A DNA stretch of 62,983 nt, the filler included, from an uncultured Methanosarcinales archaeon (lineage in GTDB: Archaea > Nanobdellota > Nanobdellia > Woesearchaeales > CALCXY01), in the NCBI GenBank assembly GCA_964385185.1. It is 18 parts of 18 records of this genome, joined end to end, with 100 filler letters (N's around TTAATTAATTAA, not from the genome) between each part and the next. Parts side by side here need not be neighbours in the genome. Positions count along the whole stretch, not along the records: positions 16,139 to 20,957 come from CAYLOA010000050.1; positions 21,058 to 25,123 come from CAYLOA010000051.1; positions 25,224 to 28,648 come from CAYLOA010000054.1; positions 28,749 to 32,106 come from CAYLOA010000056.1; 14 more parts are not named here. One strand, written 5' to 3'. How positions within the stretch are numbered: position 1 is the stretch's first letter; each line of letters starts with the position of its first letter. The notes beneath the pieces were generated by a model. That model did no database searches. It was not told the DNA's origin and saw nothing but the letters and a program-made list of their open reading frames with translations. Shown one piece after another: positions 20,101 through 29,438 of this stretch. Made by a program: the position numbers and the translations under genes.

Positions 20101-20906
20101 GTGAGGGAATTTGTGAACTTATTACTTGTGATGCTATGAAAGGTACCATATGTGAGCCAAATGAATCTTGTAATGTAAATACAGTTGAAGGATCTAATAC
20201 AGACAGTTGTTGTCTAGGATTCTGTCAACAAGTTAAAGAACAATGTACGAATATTCAATGTCCAACCAATAAAGAGTGTGTTAATGGATTATGTGAGTTG
20301 AAAAGTTGTAATGAACAAGGAGGGCTTGTCTGTAACGATAATGCTCGATGTAATACTGACACTACTGATGCTTCTGATGGTGCTTGTTGCACCGGTACTT
20401 GCGTTTTAAAGACGTGTAATGATTTAGGTGGAAATGTCTGCCAAACAGGCCAAACATGTAGTACAACGCCGATAGACAGTGTAGATAGTGGTGCTTGTTG
20501 TACAGGAACATGTGGAACACCTACTTGTGAGTCTCAAGGAGGAGTTATTTGTGAGGATGGAGAAACATGTGGAGATCCTTTAAGTTCTACAAATAGTGGA
20601 GTTTGCTGCGGAGAACCTTGTTCAGAAGGTGTTGTTGAGATTGATATTACTGCTCAGCAATTTTCGTTTAGTCCTGGAACAATTACGGTTCCTAAAGGTA
20701 CTCGAATTAAATTAAATATTAACAGTATTGATGTCACTCATGGATTTACCATCCCTGATTTTGGAGTTTCTGTTGTGTTAAGTCCTGGAGTTGAAGTGAG
20801 TACAGAATTTGTTGCTGATAAAGTGGGAACTTTTAGTTATAGTTGTAGTGTCTTCTGTGGAGGCGGACATAGCAATATGAAAGGAACTTTGATTGTGACT
20901 TCTTAG
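17181..20906 (+). CDS. Surface S8 subtilase with I9-like prodomain, Cys-rich repeats and C-terminal CuA-type cupredoxin domain
   Basis: Signal peptide/lipobox FLGC; VAVIDTG, HGTHVA, AAGN, GTSMA; repeated C..QGG.VC...CC; DVTHGF and CSVFCGGGHSNM. Confidence 0.9.
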   Translation: MGGKKLVVLSVVLVFAFLGCTLPPSPSSPGLSGEDSGLVGFAFRHLSYGSQGLEDFSPPIDVFDNDRVIFNVLDEISPRDGETTVEQEFDYFQPGGYLWGDIYYLDYEDFKWRPYSLGESRVGNSNWIADGSFEYLRLPLSSLQEGENYIIAYSCKKYDDEWKCGCLTQNGPCNQWMLQEYDLDLTKLPPGPVDPPGIEPERDEVELGFDVDGREFNHGDKIELIGPYYSEAFGKGKLEAEYVFNSYIVEMETPPLLARHAEIGADYTTGLVGNAINIAGLISQSSKERLKADFERERKLMIDEQQEVLDALLNRGFVGNSIAASTVRVKESYTKVFNGMAMNMPEDRVAYVESLPGVKRVSQERKLEAFLDIALPAVDIAKLHSLDENGADCEESGKECITGEGVTVAVIDTGVDYTHPSLGGCLGTSCKVIGGHDFVNDDSNPMDDHGHGTHVASTVAGDNDVIGAAPGASILAYKVLDAGGGGSEANIIAAVERAVDPNGDLDFSDHADIISMSLGGFGHPDDPLSTSIDVASEAGVLSVIAAGNSGPFPGSIMSPAGARSALTVGASCTPDQVGSHFLCNTEIADFSSRGPTELLTIKPDVLAPGVEICAAEAGVETGQTECGSQKITISGTSMATPIVAGLSALVMQVHPDWTAQEVKMAIRNNANGLSFDDFGKGYGIVDGDSVFGSTPPVAILGEVGFIDSDQPIEAKISAHSDDYLETRFYIGEGEFPDQYELIITDSTEFFDGTVAINNQYDEGIYQLLIEVEDTHGVISRDKVYFVVEEDDEPPRPPPNTGHLLGSYVHNPTNQPITGDLEFEIRKIQLGDSFEFLPSPDNGDIDLGRDTIDPGEVVDLARIWNDEIELFTPIEAGTYLVGVGFYYPNGNGYGTGTTVDVLCETDQQCGPFQGCVQNECELLTCTEQGGQVCPGESTCADPTTPADGTDSCCLAGCDGLDLCENVICEFNEACSEGICELITCDAMKGTICEPNESCNVNTVEGSNTDSCCLGFCQQVKEQCTNIQCPTNKECVNGLCELKSCNEQGGLVCNDNARCNTDTTDASDGACCTGTCVLKTCNDLGGNVCQTGQTCSTTPIDSVDSGACCTGTCGTPTCESQGGVICEDGETCGDPLSSTNSGVCCGEPCSEGVVEIDITAQQFSFSPGTITVPKGTRIKLNINSIDVTHGFTIPDFGVSVVLSPGVEVSTEFVADKVGTFSYSCSVFCGGGHSNMKGTLIVTS

Positions 20907-21217
20907 TAAGATTTAAATATCCGTATTCTGAAATGTATAGTATGAAGATTCTAGATGNNNNNNNNNNNNNNNNNNNNNNNNNNNNNNNNNNNNNNNNNNN
21001 NTTAATTAATTAANNNNNNNNNNNNNNNNNNNNNNNNNNNNNNNNNNNNNNNNNNNNAAATGTCCCACATATGTATACTCTACAATATAGATACTTAAGA
21101 ATATAGGTTGGTTATTAGTTCTTAGTATGATATTACAGTCTCATTTTGGGGGAGGCTATCACACTAAACTTTATAAATAAATAATGAACATGAACTAATT
21201 AATACGAGGTATATACA

Positions 21218-23206
21218 ATGGCAAAAGAAACAAAAGAAACGACTAAGAAACCAAAAAAATCAATTCCTTTAGATGAAAATTCAATGAAGATGTTACCTAA
21301 GGAGATGTTGGACAAAGTAAAGTCCATGAAACCTAAAATTGATAAATATCAAAAGGCACTTCTTAAGAAATTTGAGCAGTATGTTATTGGATTGGCGATA
21401 GCGCCACCACCAAAACAACCGATGGCACCTATGGCTGGTATGCCACCTGGAGCTATGCCCCAGATGCCTATGCCTCCCGGAGTTGCACCTCCAAAAGGAA
21501 TGCCTACTCCACCTCCTGGAGCACCTATGCCAACTATGCCAGGGATGCCTCCACAACAGAAATTAACTCCAGAACAGGAGAAAGAGATGAAAGATAGAGT
21601 TAGTATTTTAATTCTTGTAGACGATTCAGATTCTCAAAAAATGTCCAAAGAAGAATTGCGAAATAAGTTATTGTCTATTATGGACAATATGGCTGTTGAG
21701 ATTGATAAACGATTATATCCAGAAGTTATTTTATTATCAGAGTTGTGGCAAAGTTGCTATGACGGAAAAAGTGAATTGGTTCAGTTATTCAGTATGAGTG
21801 CACCGATTTATGACACAGGTATGATTCAAGCTGTTCGAATTTCAGAAGTCCATAAATCTATGGTTATTAAGAAATTTGAGAAATATATTGTGAGTTACGT
21901 TCTTGCGGGAAGTTTAATCCAAGGAAAAGCTACCGCAACGAGCGATATTGATGTCTGGGTTGTTATTGATGATACCGATGTTAAAAAAATGACTCGTGCA
22001 GAGCTTAAAGATAAATTACGAGCAATTATTATCGGAATGGGTATTGAAGCTGGTGAGTTAACTGGTGTGAAAAATAAGTTAAATATCCAAGTCTATATTT
22101 TAACTGAGTTTTGGGACTCATTAAAGGAAGCAAATCCTATTATTTTTACATTACTTCGTGATGGAGTACCGTTCTATGATAGAGGAATCTTTATGCCTTG
22201 GAAGCAATTGCTCAAGATGGGTAAGATTAAACCTTCGGCTGAAGCAATAGATATGTTTATGCATTCAGGAGAACAGATGATTGGTCGAGTTCGAACTGAA
22301 TTAAAACAGATTGCTATGGAAGATACCTTCTGGGCAATTTTGACGCCTTCACAAGCTGCTTTAATGCTGTATGGGGTTGCACCTCCTACACCTAAAGAGA
22401 CTCCTCAATTGATGAGAGAATTGTTTGTCAAGAAAGAGAAGTTGCTAGAGGAAAAATACGTAAAAATCTTAGAGAATAATATCCAGGTGCGAAAAGACTT
22501 GGAGCATGGCTCTCGAAAAGAGATCACGGGAAAAGAGGTTGATCAACTTTTGGCAGACTCTGAAGATTATTTGAAGAGAGTTAAGAAACTCTTTACCCAG
22601 ATTGAAACCATCAAAGAGAAAGAAGATATGGTCAAGGTCTATGATACCGTTGTGACTACACTTCGGGATGTGTTACGTCTTGAAGGAAAAGATAAAGTTG
22701 CAGATGTTGATATCATGACTACTTTTGAAGATGAGATGATTTCAAGTTCCAGAATCCCTGCAAAGTATTTGCGGATTTTGAACTCTGTCATTAAAGGTAA
22801 ACAGGATTATGAGGCTGGAAAGTTGACTAAACCTGAAGTTATCAAAATTAAGAAGGATGCTGGAATCTTGAATCGACATGTTATTGAGTATATGCAGAGA
22901 AAACGAGGAAAGGAGCTTGAGAAAGCAAGAATCCGAGTTAAACATGGAGATAAGTATGGTGAAGTGTTACTCTTTGGAGATGTAGCTTTTATTATTCATG
23001 ACATTGATCATGAAGAAAAAGAAATCTCTAAAGCCAAGATCAAAGAAGATGGAAGTTTGGGTGTTCCTCAAACAAGTTCACTTCAAGATATGGAGAAACA
23101 CTTGGCTAAGACAGAAATTCCGCCTCGGAGTTTTATCAAAGAACCTATCTTTGAGGATCTGAAGAGATTCTTTGGAAAGGATGTTGAAATTTTGATCAAT
23201 CAATAA
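21218..23206 (+). CDS. Pol-beta-type nucleotidyltransferase multidomain protein (NTase + HEPN-like helical region)
   Basis: LAGSLIQGKATATSDIDVWVVIDD; degenerate first NTase copy (ILVDDS); SQAALMLYGVAPPTPKE helical region; Pro/Met-rich insert. Confidence 0.75.
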   Translation: MAKETKETTKKPKKSIPLDENSMKMLPKEMLDKVKSMKPKIDKYQKALLKKFEQYVIGLAIAPPPKQPMAPMAGMPPGAMPQMPMPPGVAPPKGMPTPPPGAPMPTMPGMPPQQKLTPEQEKEMKDRVSILILVDDSDSQKMSKEELRNKLLSIMDNMAVEIDKRLYPEVILLSELWQSCYDGKSELVQLFSMSAPIYDTGMIQAVRISEVHKSMVIKKFEKYIVSYVLAGSLIQGKATATSDIDVWVVIDDTDVKKMTRAELKDKLRAIIIGMGIEAGELTGVKNKLNIQVYILTEFWDSLKEANPIIFTLLRDGVPFYDRGIFMPWKQLLKMGKIKPSAEAIDMFMHSGEQMIGRVRTELKQIAMEDTFWAILTPSQAALMLYGVAPPTPKETPQLMRELFVKKEKLLEEKYVKILENNIQVRKDLEHGSRKEITGKEVDQLLADSEDYLKRVKKLFTQIETIKEKEDMVKVYDTVVTTLRDVLRLEGKDKVADVDIMTTFEDEMISSSRIPAKYLRILNSVIKGKQDYEAGKLTKPEVIKIKKDAGILNRHVIEYMQRKRGKELEKARIRVKHGDKYGEVLLFGDVAFIIHDIDHEEKEISKAKIKEDGSLGVPQTSSLQDMEKHLAKTEIPPRSFIKEPIFEDLKRFFGKDVEILINQ

Positions 23207-23370
23207 TTTTTATTATTTTATTTTTATTATTTTAAGTACGAACTTAGTATACACTTTATATAAATTATTAGGAGAAAGTATTTATAGTCAAAAACTTTAT
23301 TTTTATCAGGAAGGCATGGGGGGTTAGTACGGGTGCTTTATAGTACTTAAAAAATCGAGGTGAGTGTACC

Positions 23371-23871
23371 ATGCAAACAGGAGTAAAAGTAGGAGATGCA
23401 ATGACTCAACAACCTATTATGGTGAGTCCAGGGAGTTCTTTACAAACTTGTGCCAAACTTATGGAGAAACATAAGATTTCTGCTGTGTTGGTGAAAGATA
23501 AAAAAGAGATGGGAATTCTAACAGACAAAGATATTGTTAGAAAAATGGTTGCTACCGGTCGAAATCCTTTATCCTTTAAAGCAAAGGATGTTATGACAAC
23601 AGTTTTGCATACAGCAGAACCTGCTCATGATGTCTTTGAGGCGTTAATGTTAATGGCGACACATGATGTGAATCATTTGCCTGTTGTTACTAATAAAAAT
23701 CTTCATGGTATTTTGTCTGTTAAAGATATTTTGAAGATTCAACCTCATCTGTTTGAAATCTTAGTAGATAAGTTTGAGATTCGTGAGCAAGAGCAAAAGC
23801 TTCGTGCTTTGGATGTTTTGCATTCTGAAACTTTAGATGCTAATGATGAAGTAGGACAATTGATTAGTTAA
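23371..23871 (+). CDS. CBS-pair protein
   Basis: VGDAMT..PIMVSP, GILTDKDI, HLPVV, GILSVKDI; GGTGAG RBS. Confidence 0.92.
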   Translation: MQTGVKVGDAMTQQPIMVSPGSSLQTCAKLMEKHKISAVLVKDKKEMGILTDKDIVRKMVATGRNPLSFKAKDVMTTVLHTAEPAHDVFEALMLMATHDVNHLPVVTNKNLHGILSVKDILKIQPHLFEILVDKFEIREQEQKLRALDVLHSETLDANDEVGQLIS

Positions 23872-23938
23872 TTTTTTCTTTATTTTTACTTTTTAAATGG
23901 TTAGATTAATAAAGTATTCCTTACCTTTTTATTCTAAT

Positions 23939-24099
23939 GTGAGGGTGGCTGAGTCTGGTCAAAAGCGCAGGACTTAAGTTGACGGGGATTTAACTGTCTA
24001 CTATTGGGCACCCATGTCATGGGTTATCCTGTCCCTTAGTGGGTTCGGGACTGGGTTGCATTTGCACCCAGCGAGAAGGTTCAAATCCCCTCCCTCACA
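23939..24099 (+). tRNA. tRNA-Leu(UAA) with two BHB introns (23979-24025 at 37/38; 24050-24077 at 51/52)
   Basis: Acceptor GTGAGGG/CCCTCAC+A, anticodon stem CAGGA/TCCTG, TAA at 23975-23977, long variable arm, GGGGG-TTCAAAT-CCCCT T-arm after splicing. Confidence 0.9.
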
Positions 24100-24283
24100 T
24101 CATGCTTCTTAAGAACTCTATGTACTGACGATCGATTAAGAGGTATTTTTTTACTAATTTGTCTTATTGTAAGTCCTTTCTTTCTTAAGGCCATTATTTT
24201 TGATACATTAATTGTTGGTTTTCTATTAAATTCTGTTTTTTTGAGAATTACAAGGCATTTTTTTAGATGCCTTATTTTTTTTT
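24081..24283 (-). CDS. HTH segment, probably the frameshifted C-terminus of the LAGLIDADG protein
   Basis: IMALRKKGLTIRQISKKIPLNRSSVHRVL is an HTH; joins the upstream ORF if the A9 run (T9 at 24275-24283) were A8. Confidence 0.6.
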
Positions 24284-25035
24284 GAATGAATCTTAAAACC
24301 AACTTCTTTTCCAAATTTTATTATATTTTTTTTGTTTCTACATATATCAAAGTATAAACAAGGATATTTTCTTTCCAATTTTATCCCTGGCGAATATGCT
24401 ATTTCACTAGTATCTATATCTAATCTTTTCAACATGATTTTTAATTGTTCAAAATATTCCTTTAAATTTTGTAATTTATTGGGATGTTTTGCGAGTTTGA
24501 ATCTAGGTTTAGTTGAATGATACTTTTTGGATATTTTAATTGTGGATAGTTCATCTTCAAAGATGGCTTGTAAATAGTATTTAGTACATTCAGCATTATT
24601 AATAATCCAATTTGGAATATCAAAATTCATTTCTGTCTTTTTACCTTTTGGAGCTCCTAGTGAAGACAATACTCGTCCCAATAAACAATTATGGACACTT
24701 AGACGATATGATAATCCCTTGGATAATCTGGATTCAACACTGAATATTTTTGAAGATAATGGAAATTTTTGTATAATTAATTTTTTAAGATTTAGGATAT
24801 CTTCTTTTTGACCTATAAATATCGGGACAAAACTTTTAGAGAGGTGGCCATCGCCAGTTATTTTACCGATTAAATAAGCTAATTCTGCCATATTTTTAGA
24901 ATTATTAATAAATGGAATCCATATTTTTTTTAATTTGAACAATTGAGAATTAGGAATACCATTTTTATATGTGGTGATTATATCTTCAAGATTCAGAATC
25001 TTATTAATTTGGTTCATGCTATACATTGAAATCAA
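24226..25035 (-). CDS. Free-standing LAGLIDADG (intein/DOD-type) endonuclease-like protein
   Basis: LAYLIGKITGDGHL, LG.PKGKKT, IPNWI, YLQAIFEDE, F.KEVGF. Confidence 0.85.
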   Translation of the reverse strand: MISMYSMNQINKILNLEDIITTYKNGIPNSQLFKLKKIWIPFINNSKNMAELAYLIGKITGDGHLSKSFVPIFIGQKEDILNLKKLIIQKFPLSSKIFSVESRLSKGLSYRLSVHNCLLGRVLSSLGAPKGKKTEMNFDIPNWIINNAECTKYYLQAIFEDELSTIKISKKYHSTKPRFKLAKHPNKLQNLKEYFEQLKIMLKRLDIDTSEIAYSPGIKLERKYPCLYFDICRNKKNIIKFGKEVGFKIHSKKNKASKKMPCNSQKNRI

Positions 25036-25227
25036 AGAGATAAGATTATTCTTGATTTATATTTTCTCCTCATGGTTGTCTTGTGCTTGTGGTTAAAATT
25101 TCTAAGATTTTGAAATAATCTTTNNNNNNNNNNNNNNNNNNNNNNNNNNNNNNNNNNNNNNNNNNNNTTAATTAATTAANNNNNNNNNNNNNNNNNNNNN
25201 NNNNNNNNNNNNNNNNNNNNNNNGGTA

Positions 25228-26463
25228 ATGGGAGAGGAAGATGATTTCGAGGGAGTGGAAGGGTTTCATCTTAAAAAAATTATTAAACCTTGGACAACCA
25301 TTGTCCCAATTTTAGAATCATCCCACAAAGTCCAATGTAAGATGGGAAATTCCCCATTTGTAGACTTCAGAAGTGTCCCCACAATCACCAATGGGTATGT
25401 AGATCAAATAATAATCCCATTCCAAGCAAATTCCATCCAATTTGGAAATGAACAATCTGGTTTAAGTGCAGATTTAATAACTCCTCTGCAATCATTCCAA
25501 GAACCAGACATAGAAAAATTAAAACAAGACTTAAAAGATACCATAAAACAATTAAAAGAGAGTAATATTGCAATTCCAAATTTAGAAGACCTAGCAAATT
25601 TAGATGATATAGATAGTCAATTAGATGCCCAAGAAATTGACACAGAACAAATAAAAGAAGCATACCAGCAATTCAAAAAAACAACACTAAATTTAGCCTT
25701 AGCAAGAGAATCAAACAAAGACTTTAAATTCATAAACTGCAAAGATATAACGGGAACCTTTGACACCACATTCTTTATCTCCTATTATATTGATGATGAC
25801 GTAACACCTCCAGAACTACTTGATATCTCTCCAAAACCAACAGAAACAGCCATCACACCGTTTGGGTTACGTCTTGAATTTTCAGAACCTGTTGAGTGTA
25901 AATATGACACACTAGACCAAAGATATCAAGATATGCAAAATTCCCTGACCTGTCCCTGGTTTACGCAAGATGGAAGTTATTCTTGTAATTCAATACTTAT
26001 CTCATCCTCCCCTATCTTTGTGAGATGTATTGATCAACCACAAAAAGAAAGATCTTACAAAATTAAAGTAAACCCTGGCCTACTCATGGGATTCAGAGGA
26101 TTTACTGTTCCGGGTACCAATCTAGCCATAAGTAATTTTGGCAATACGTTTGAGAGTAACACATTAATTATCCCTCAACCATCATTCATGGAAGGAGTAG
26201 AAGAATCAATCATAACAAACGTATCTTCAACTCCTGTTGAATTTACCTTCCCTAAAGAGCAAATATGTAGATTTTCATCTAGTGACATTTCCTTTGAAGA
26301 GATGACCTCTTCCCTATCCTGCACTCCATCAAATCCTCAAAGTGTATGTACTGCATTTTTACCAAGTGATAACCCCTCAAATTACTATTTCAAATGTAAA
26401 AACAAACTCCTCGTTCCTAGAAATAGCAATGAAGATGCATTTAAAATAACATTCTCATCATAA
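25228..26463 (+). CDS. Hypothetical extracellular protein (5' truncated)
   Basis: Long ORF with DVTPP and C.Y/C.F Ig-like repeats. Confidence 0.6.
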   Translation: MGEEDDFEGVEGFHLKKIIKPWTTIVPILESSHKVQCKMGNSPFVDFRSVPTITNGYVDQIIIPFQANSIQFGNEQSGLSADLITPLQSFQEPDIEKLKQDLKDTIKQLKESNIAIPNLEDLANLDDIDSQLDAQEIDTEQIKEAYQQFKKTTLNLALARESNKDFKFINCKDITGTFDTTFFISYYIDDDVTPPELLDISPKPTETAITPFGLRLEFSEPVECKYDTLDQRYQDMQNSLTCPWFTQDGSYSCNSILISSSPIFVRCIDQPQKERSYKIKVNPGLLMGFRGFTVPGTNLAISNFGNTFESNTLIIPQPSFMEGVEESIITNVSSTPVEFTFPKEQICRFSSSDISFEEMTSSLSCTPSNPQSVCTAFLPSDNPSNYYFKCKNKLLVPRNSNEDAFKITFSS

Positions 26464-26492
26464 AAACGTAACAACATAATTCTATAAAGAAA

Positions 26493-27494
26493 TTAAATAG
26501 TATTAATTGAATCTAAACTTCCTTCATCAACTACATCAGTCTGATTAGTAGAATTAGTAGAATTAGTACTAGGAAGTATTAACTGTGTGGTATCAATACA
26601 GGTATACGTTGAATCAACCAACCTAAAAATGTTCCTTCCTTCTACATCGTCAAAATTCTGAGTAAAATCGACCACATTACCTTCATTTATATGTCCGACC
26701 TCTAACCCATTAGGACAACCCTCTGACTCTTTAATAGGTTCAGGAGTATCCTCTCGTACATGACCATTAACACAACTGACCGTAAATATAATCTGCCCAT
26801 TTTCAAATTCATTACAAATAGGATCCCCCATCATTCTAATATCACCTATATTCTCGGTAGTATTATCACACTGTGGAGATTGAATTGTATAAAGCCCACA
26901 TCGTTCCAATTCATTTAATGTCCGAGGACCTGGAGGATCACTACTTTCAGCCCCTGCCTGATTAGTCTCAGCCTGTTCTGTAAGATTACCCTTATTTTCC
27001 ACTGGATCTTCAACTTTATCTGGTTTTAATAATTTCATTGCTTCCATTATAAGTATAACCATAGTGGTAATTAAAAGAATAACGAGGCCAATCAATGCTA
27101 GACATATTTCTCCAGTTGCTCCCAATGTGAGTGCCGCTGATTTACAAGCTTTAACAGAAGCACCTTTAGTTACAAGAGTTTTAACACCAATAAATGAGAC
27201 AATACCCATTATTACTCCAACTATTATCATCAAAATCCCACTTATAACTTTACCTGAACTCACCTTCTTCTTAGCAGCCATCCCTACCAACTGATTCCTC
27301 CCCTCATCTTGATATCCATCTAAAAACTCTTCCCAATCAGTACTTGTAAAATTACCTTGATTCTCTAAAGCATCTTTAGCCAAATTATCCCGAATAAAAT
27401 AAGACGGTTCATACAACACTAAAATAGCAGTAATAGCAAGGATGGCAACTACAAGAACGAACAATTCATCCTTCATAGCTTTTTTACCCCTCAT
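26493..27494 (-). CDS. Membrane protein with class III (pilin-like) signal peptide
   Basis: MRGKKA followed by a hydrophobic helix; two further TM helices. Confidence 0.55.
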   Translation of the reverse strand: MRGKKAMKDELFVLVVAILAITAILVLYEPSYFIRDNLAKDALENQGNFTSTDWEEFLDGYQDEGRNQLVGMAAKKKVSSGKVISGILMIIVGVIMGIVSFIGVKTLVTKGASVKACKSAALTLGATGEICLALIGLVILLITTMVILIMEAMKLLKPDKVEDPVENKGNLTEQAETNQAGAESSDPPGPRTLNELERCGLYTIQSPQCDNTTENIGDIRMMGDPICNEFENGQIIFTVSCVNGHVREDTPEPIKESEGCPNGLEVGHINEGNVVDFTQNFDDVEGRNIFRLVDSTYTCIDTTQLILPSTNSTNSTNQTDVVDEGSLDSINTI

Positions 27495-27643
27495 CCTCGT
27501 TTTAACACAATCTCCCCCTTTTCATTTACTTTAAACTCTAGAAGTGTACCCTGCTCAATATCAAATAACTCAGCAAGGGTCTTAGGAATAGTAACTATGT
27601 ATTGATCATTCTTTGTTTTTTGAACCTTTACCTTATTGCCCAT
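27491..27643 (-). CDS. AbrB/SpoVT-like DNA-binding protein
   Basis: KVQK...QYIVTIPK.LAE...IEQG..LEF; GGAGATGAG RBS. Confidence 0.85.
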   Translation of the reverse strand: MGNKVKVQKTKNDQYIVTIPKTLAELFDIEQGTLLEFKVNEKGEIVLKRG

Positions 27644-27879
27644 TATAATCTCATCTCCAAATAAGGGGTAGTAGAAACAAACAATGCGAGGTATGTGTTT
27701 TTCATGTTCAAAAAATTCAACCCTGGGCACGTGATGTTGCAAGGAGGGGTACGTACCCAGGTAAAAAGATAATAGTAATTCTAAGGGTAATTAGTATATA
27801 AATCTTTCCTAAATAACCTAATATCAACTTAAAAGAAAAAATAAAATACCTGTAGAATTAATAGTAATTCCTAATAGGA

Positions 27880-28648
27880 TTAACTGACAATTTCTGTTAA
27901 ACCAGCACCAATATCTTGTATTCCGTCACTACAACTTACCGATAATACATACTCCCCAGAGAGTGCAGGATCAACGGGAATAATAAACTCTTCACCGGTA
28001 CGCACATACTGACTCTCATCAACGATAAACTCTCCATTCTGCTCCAACATATAACTGCAATAGACAGAAGGTCTGTTATCTGAAGGAATAAATGAAAAAG
28101 ACAAATCAGTTATCGAATTAATAACAGGAAGCCTATCAATCTTTGCAGGTGGCACCTCTAACGTAGGAGCTTCATCATCTTGAGGGAATATTTCAAATAA
28201 TACTCCAATATTGTCCACATCAAGTTTTCCAAATGAATCCATACATCTAAAGAATAACAAATTCTTTCGAGCATCATAGAGAAGTAAATAATCTAATAGA
28301 AATTGTTTAGCATTTTCTTCAGGCAAATTGAGCAAACTACCAATAAAGATAATAAAATCATCTTTACTAACAGTAAATCCACCAAAATTAATTTGAGCAA
28401 CGTTAGGATCAAACAATTGCAAAACTGTAGTTATATCTAAAAGATCATTAAGTCGTTGACGGTATGCCTCATTATTTTGCATATTAATCTTCACAATATG
28501 TTCTTTCCCCCTATCAATAACTTCAAAACAAGTTTGTCCCAAATCACAAGCACCCAATAAATACTGACCAAAACCATTAAACACATTATTAAAATCTTGT
28601 CCAGGTAAGATAGATGCGCTACAGCTTGATTCACGATTAGTAGTAAAA
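27880..28648 (-). CDS. Hypothetical surface protein, 5' truncated
   Basis: Open frame to contig edge; C-terminal Ig-like segment. Confidence 0.5.
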
Positions 28649-28978
28649 NNNNNNNNNNNNNNNNNNNNNNNNNNNNNNNNNNNNNNNNNNNNTTAATTAA
28701 TTAANNNNNNNNNNNNNNNNNNNNNNNNNNNNNNNNNNNNNNNNNNNNGTTTCAAGATTGAACATTGGGTAAAAGCGTCTCCCTCCATATCTAAATCTTC
28801 TTCTGTAAAAGATTTTTCTAAGTTGAATTAATCCTTGGCAATTAAAAAACTACCCTTTGGCCTGAGAAAGGATGTTTGCGTAAAAATATGTTTTTGGTAC
28901 CTTATCTGTGGTGTCCTTCAACCCAAACTCGTTATTGTAACCTTAAATACCTGTACCAATACAAAAAAATAAACTAGA

Positions 28979-29359
28979 ATGCCCTCCAAAATGATGATAA
29001 CTGCTATGATCTTTGGAATTGCAGCGGTGCTTCTAGGCGTTTTTCATGGCTACTTTGAAACACAGCAAGGTAGTGTTGCACCTTCAAGCATCTTCATTAA
29101 TGCTATTGGTGGAACAGATTGCGAACCTAACTGTTTTCCTGCTATGACCATAATCCCTAATTTCTTGGTCGCAGGAATTGTCACAATTTTAGTAGGTACC
29201 GTAATGTTTGGATGGGTAATTTTCAGGCTGAAGGATAAAAAGGGTGGTATAGGTTTGATTGTCCTTTCACTTATTTTTCTTCTTACGGGTGGAGGTTATC
29301 TTGCACCGATCCTTAGTACTATCGGTGGTGTATTGGGGATATTCATTAAGAAAGAATGA
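28979..29359 (+). CDS. Hypothetical membrane protein
   Basis: About 4 hydrophobic segments; HGYFE, C.P.C.PAMT. Confidence 0.65.
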   Translation: MPSKMMITAMIFGIAAVLLGVFHGYFETQQGSVAPSSIFINAIGGTDCEPNCFPAMTIIPNFLVAGIVTILVGTVMFGWVIFRLKDKKGGIGLIVLSLIFLLTGGGYLAPILSTIGGVLGIFIKKE

Positions 29360-29438
29360 GCTTTTTTTTACACTTAATTAAGAGGAGTGTCAATAGCTAC
29401 CTTTTAATCTCTGTCGGATAGAAAATTGAGGCAGTAAT

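Noticed and set aside
21400..21560. ATGCC-rich quasi-repeats
   Set aside because: Explained by Pro/Met codons within the CDS
26541..26570. 9-bp tandem repeat ATTAGTAGA
   Set aside because: Encodes the STNSTNSTN low-complexity tail of the CDS
27722..27761. Imperfect inverted repeat CCTGGGCACGT/ACGTACCCAGG upstream of the AbrB-like gene
   Set aside because: Single short hairpin with no further support for an RNA gene or mobile element
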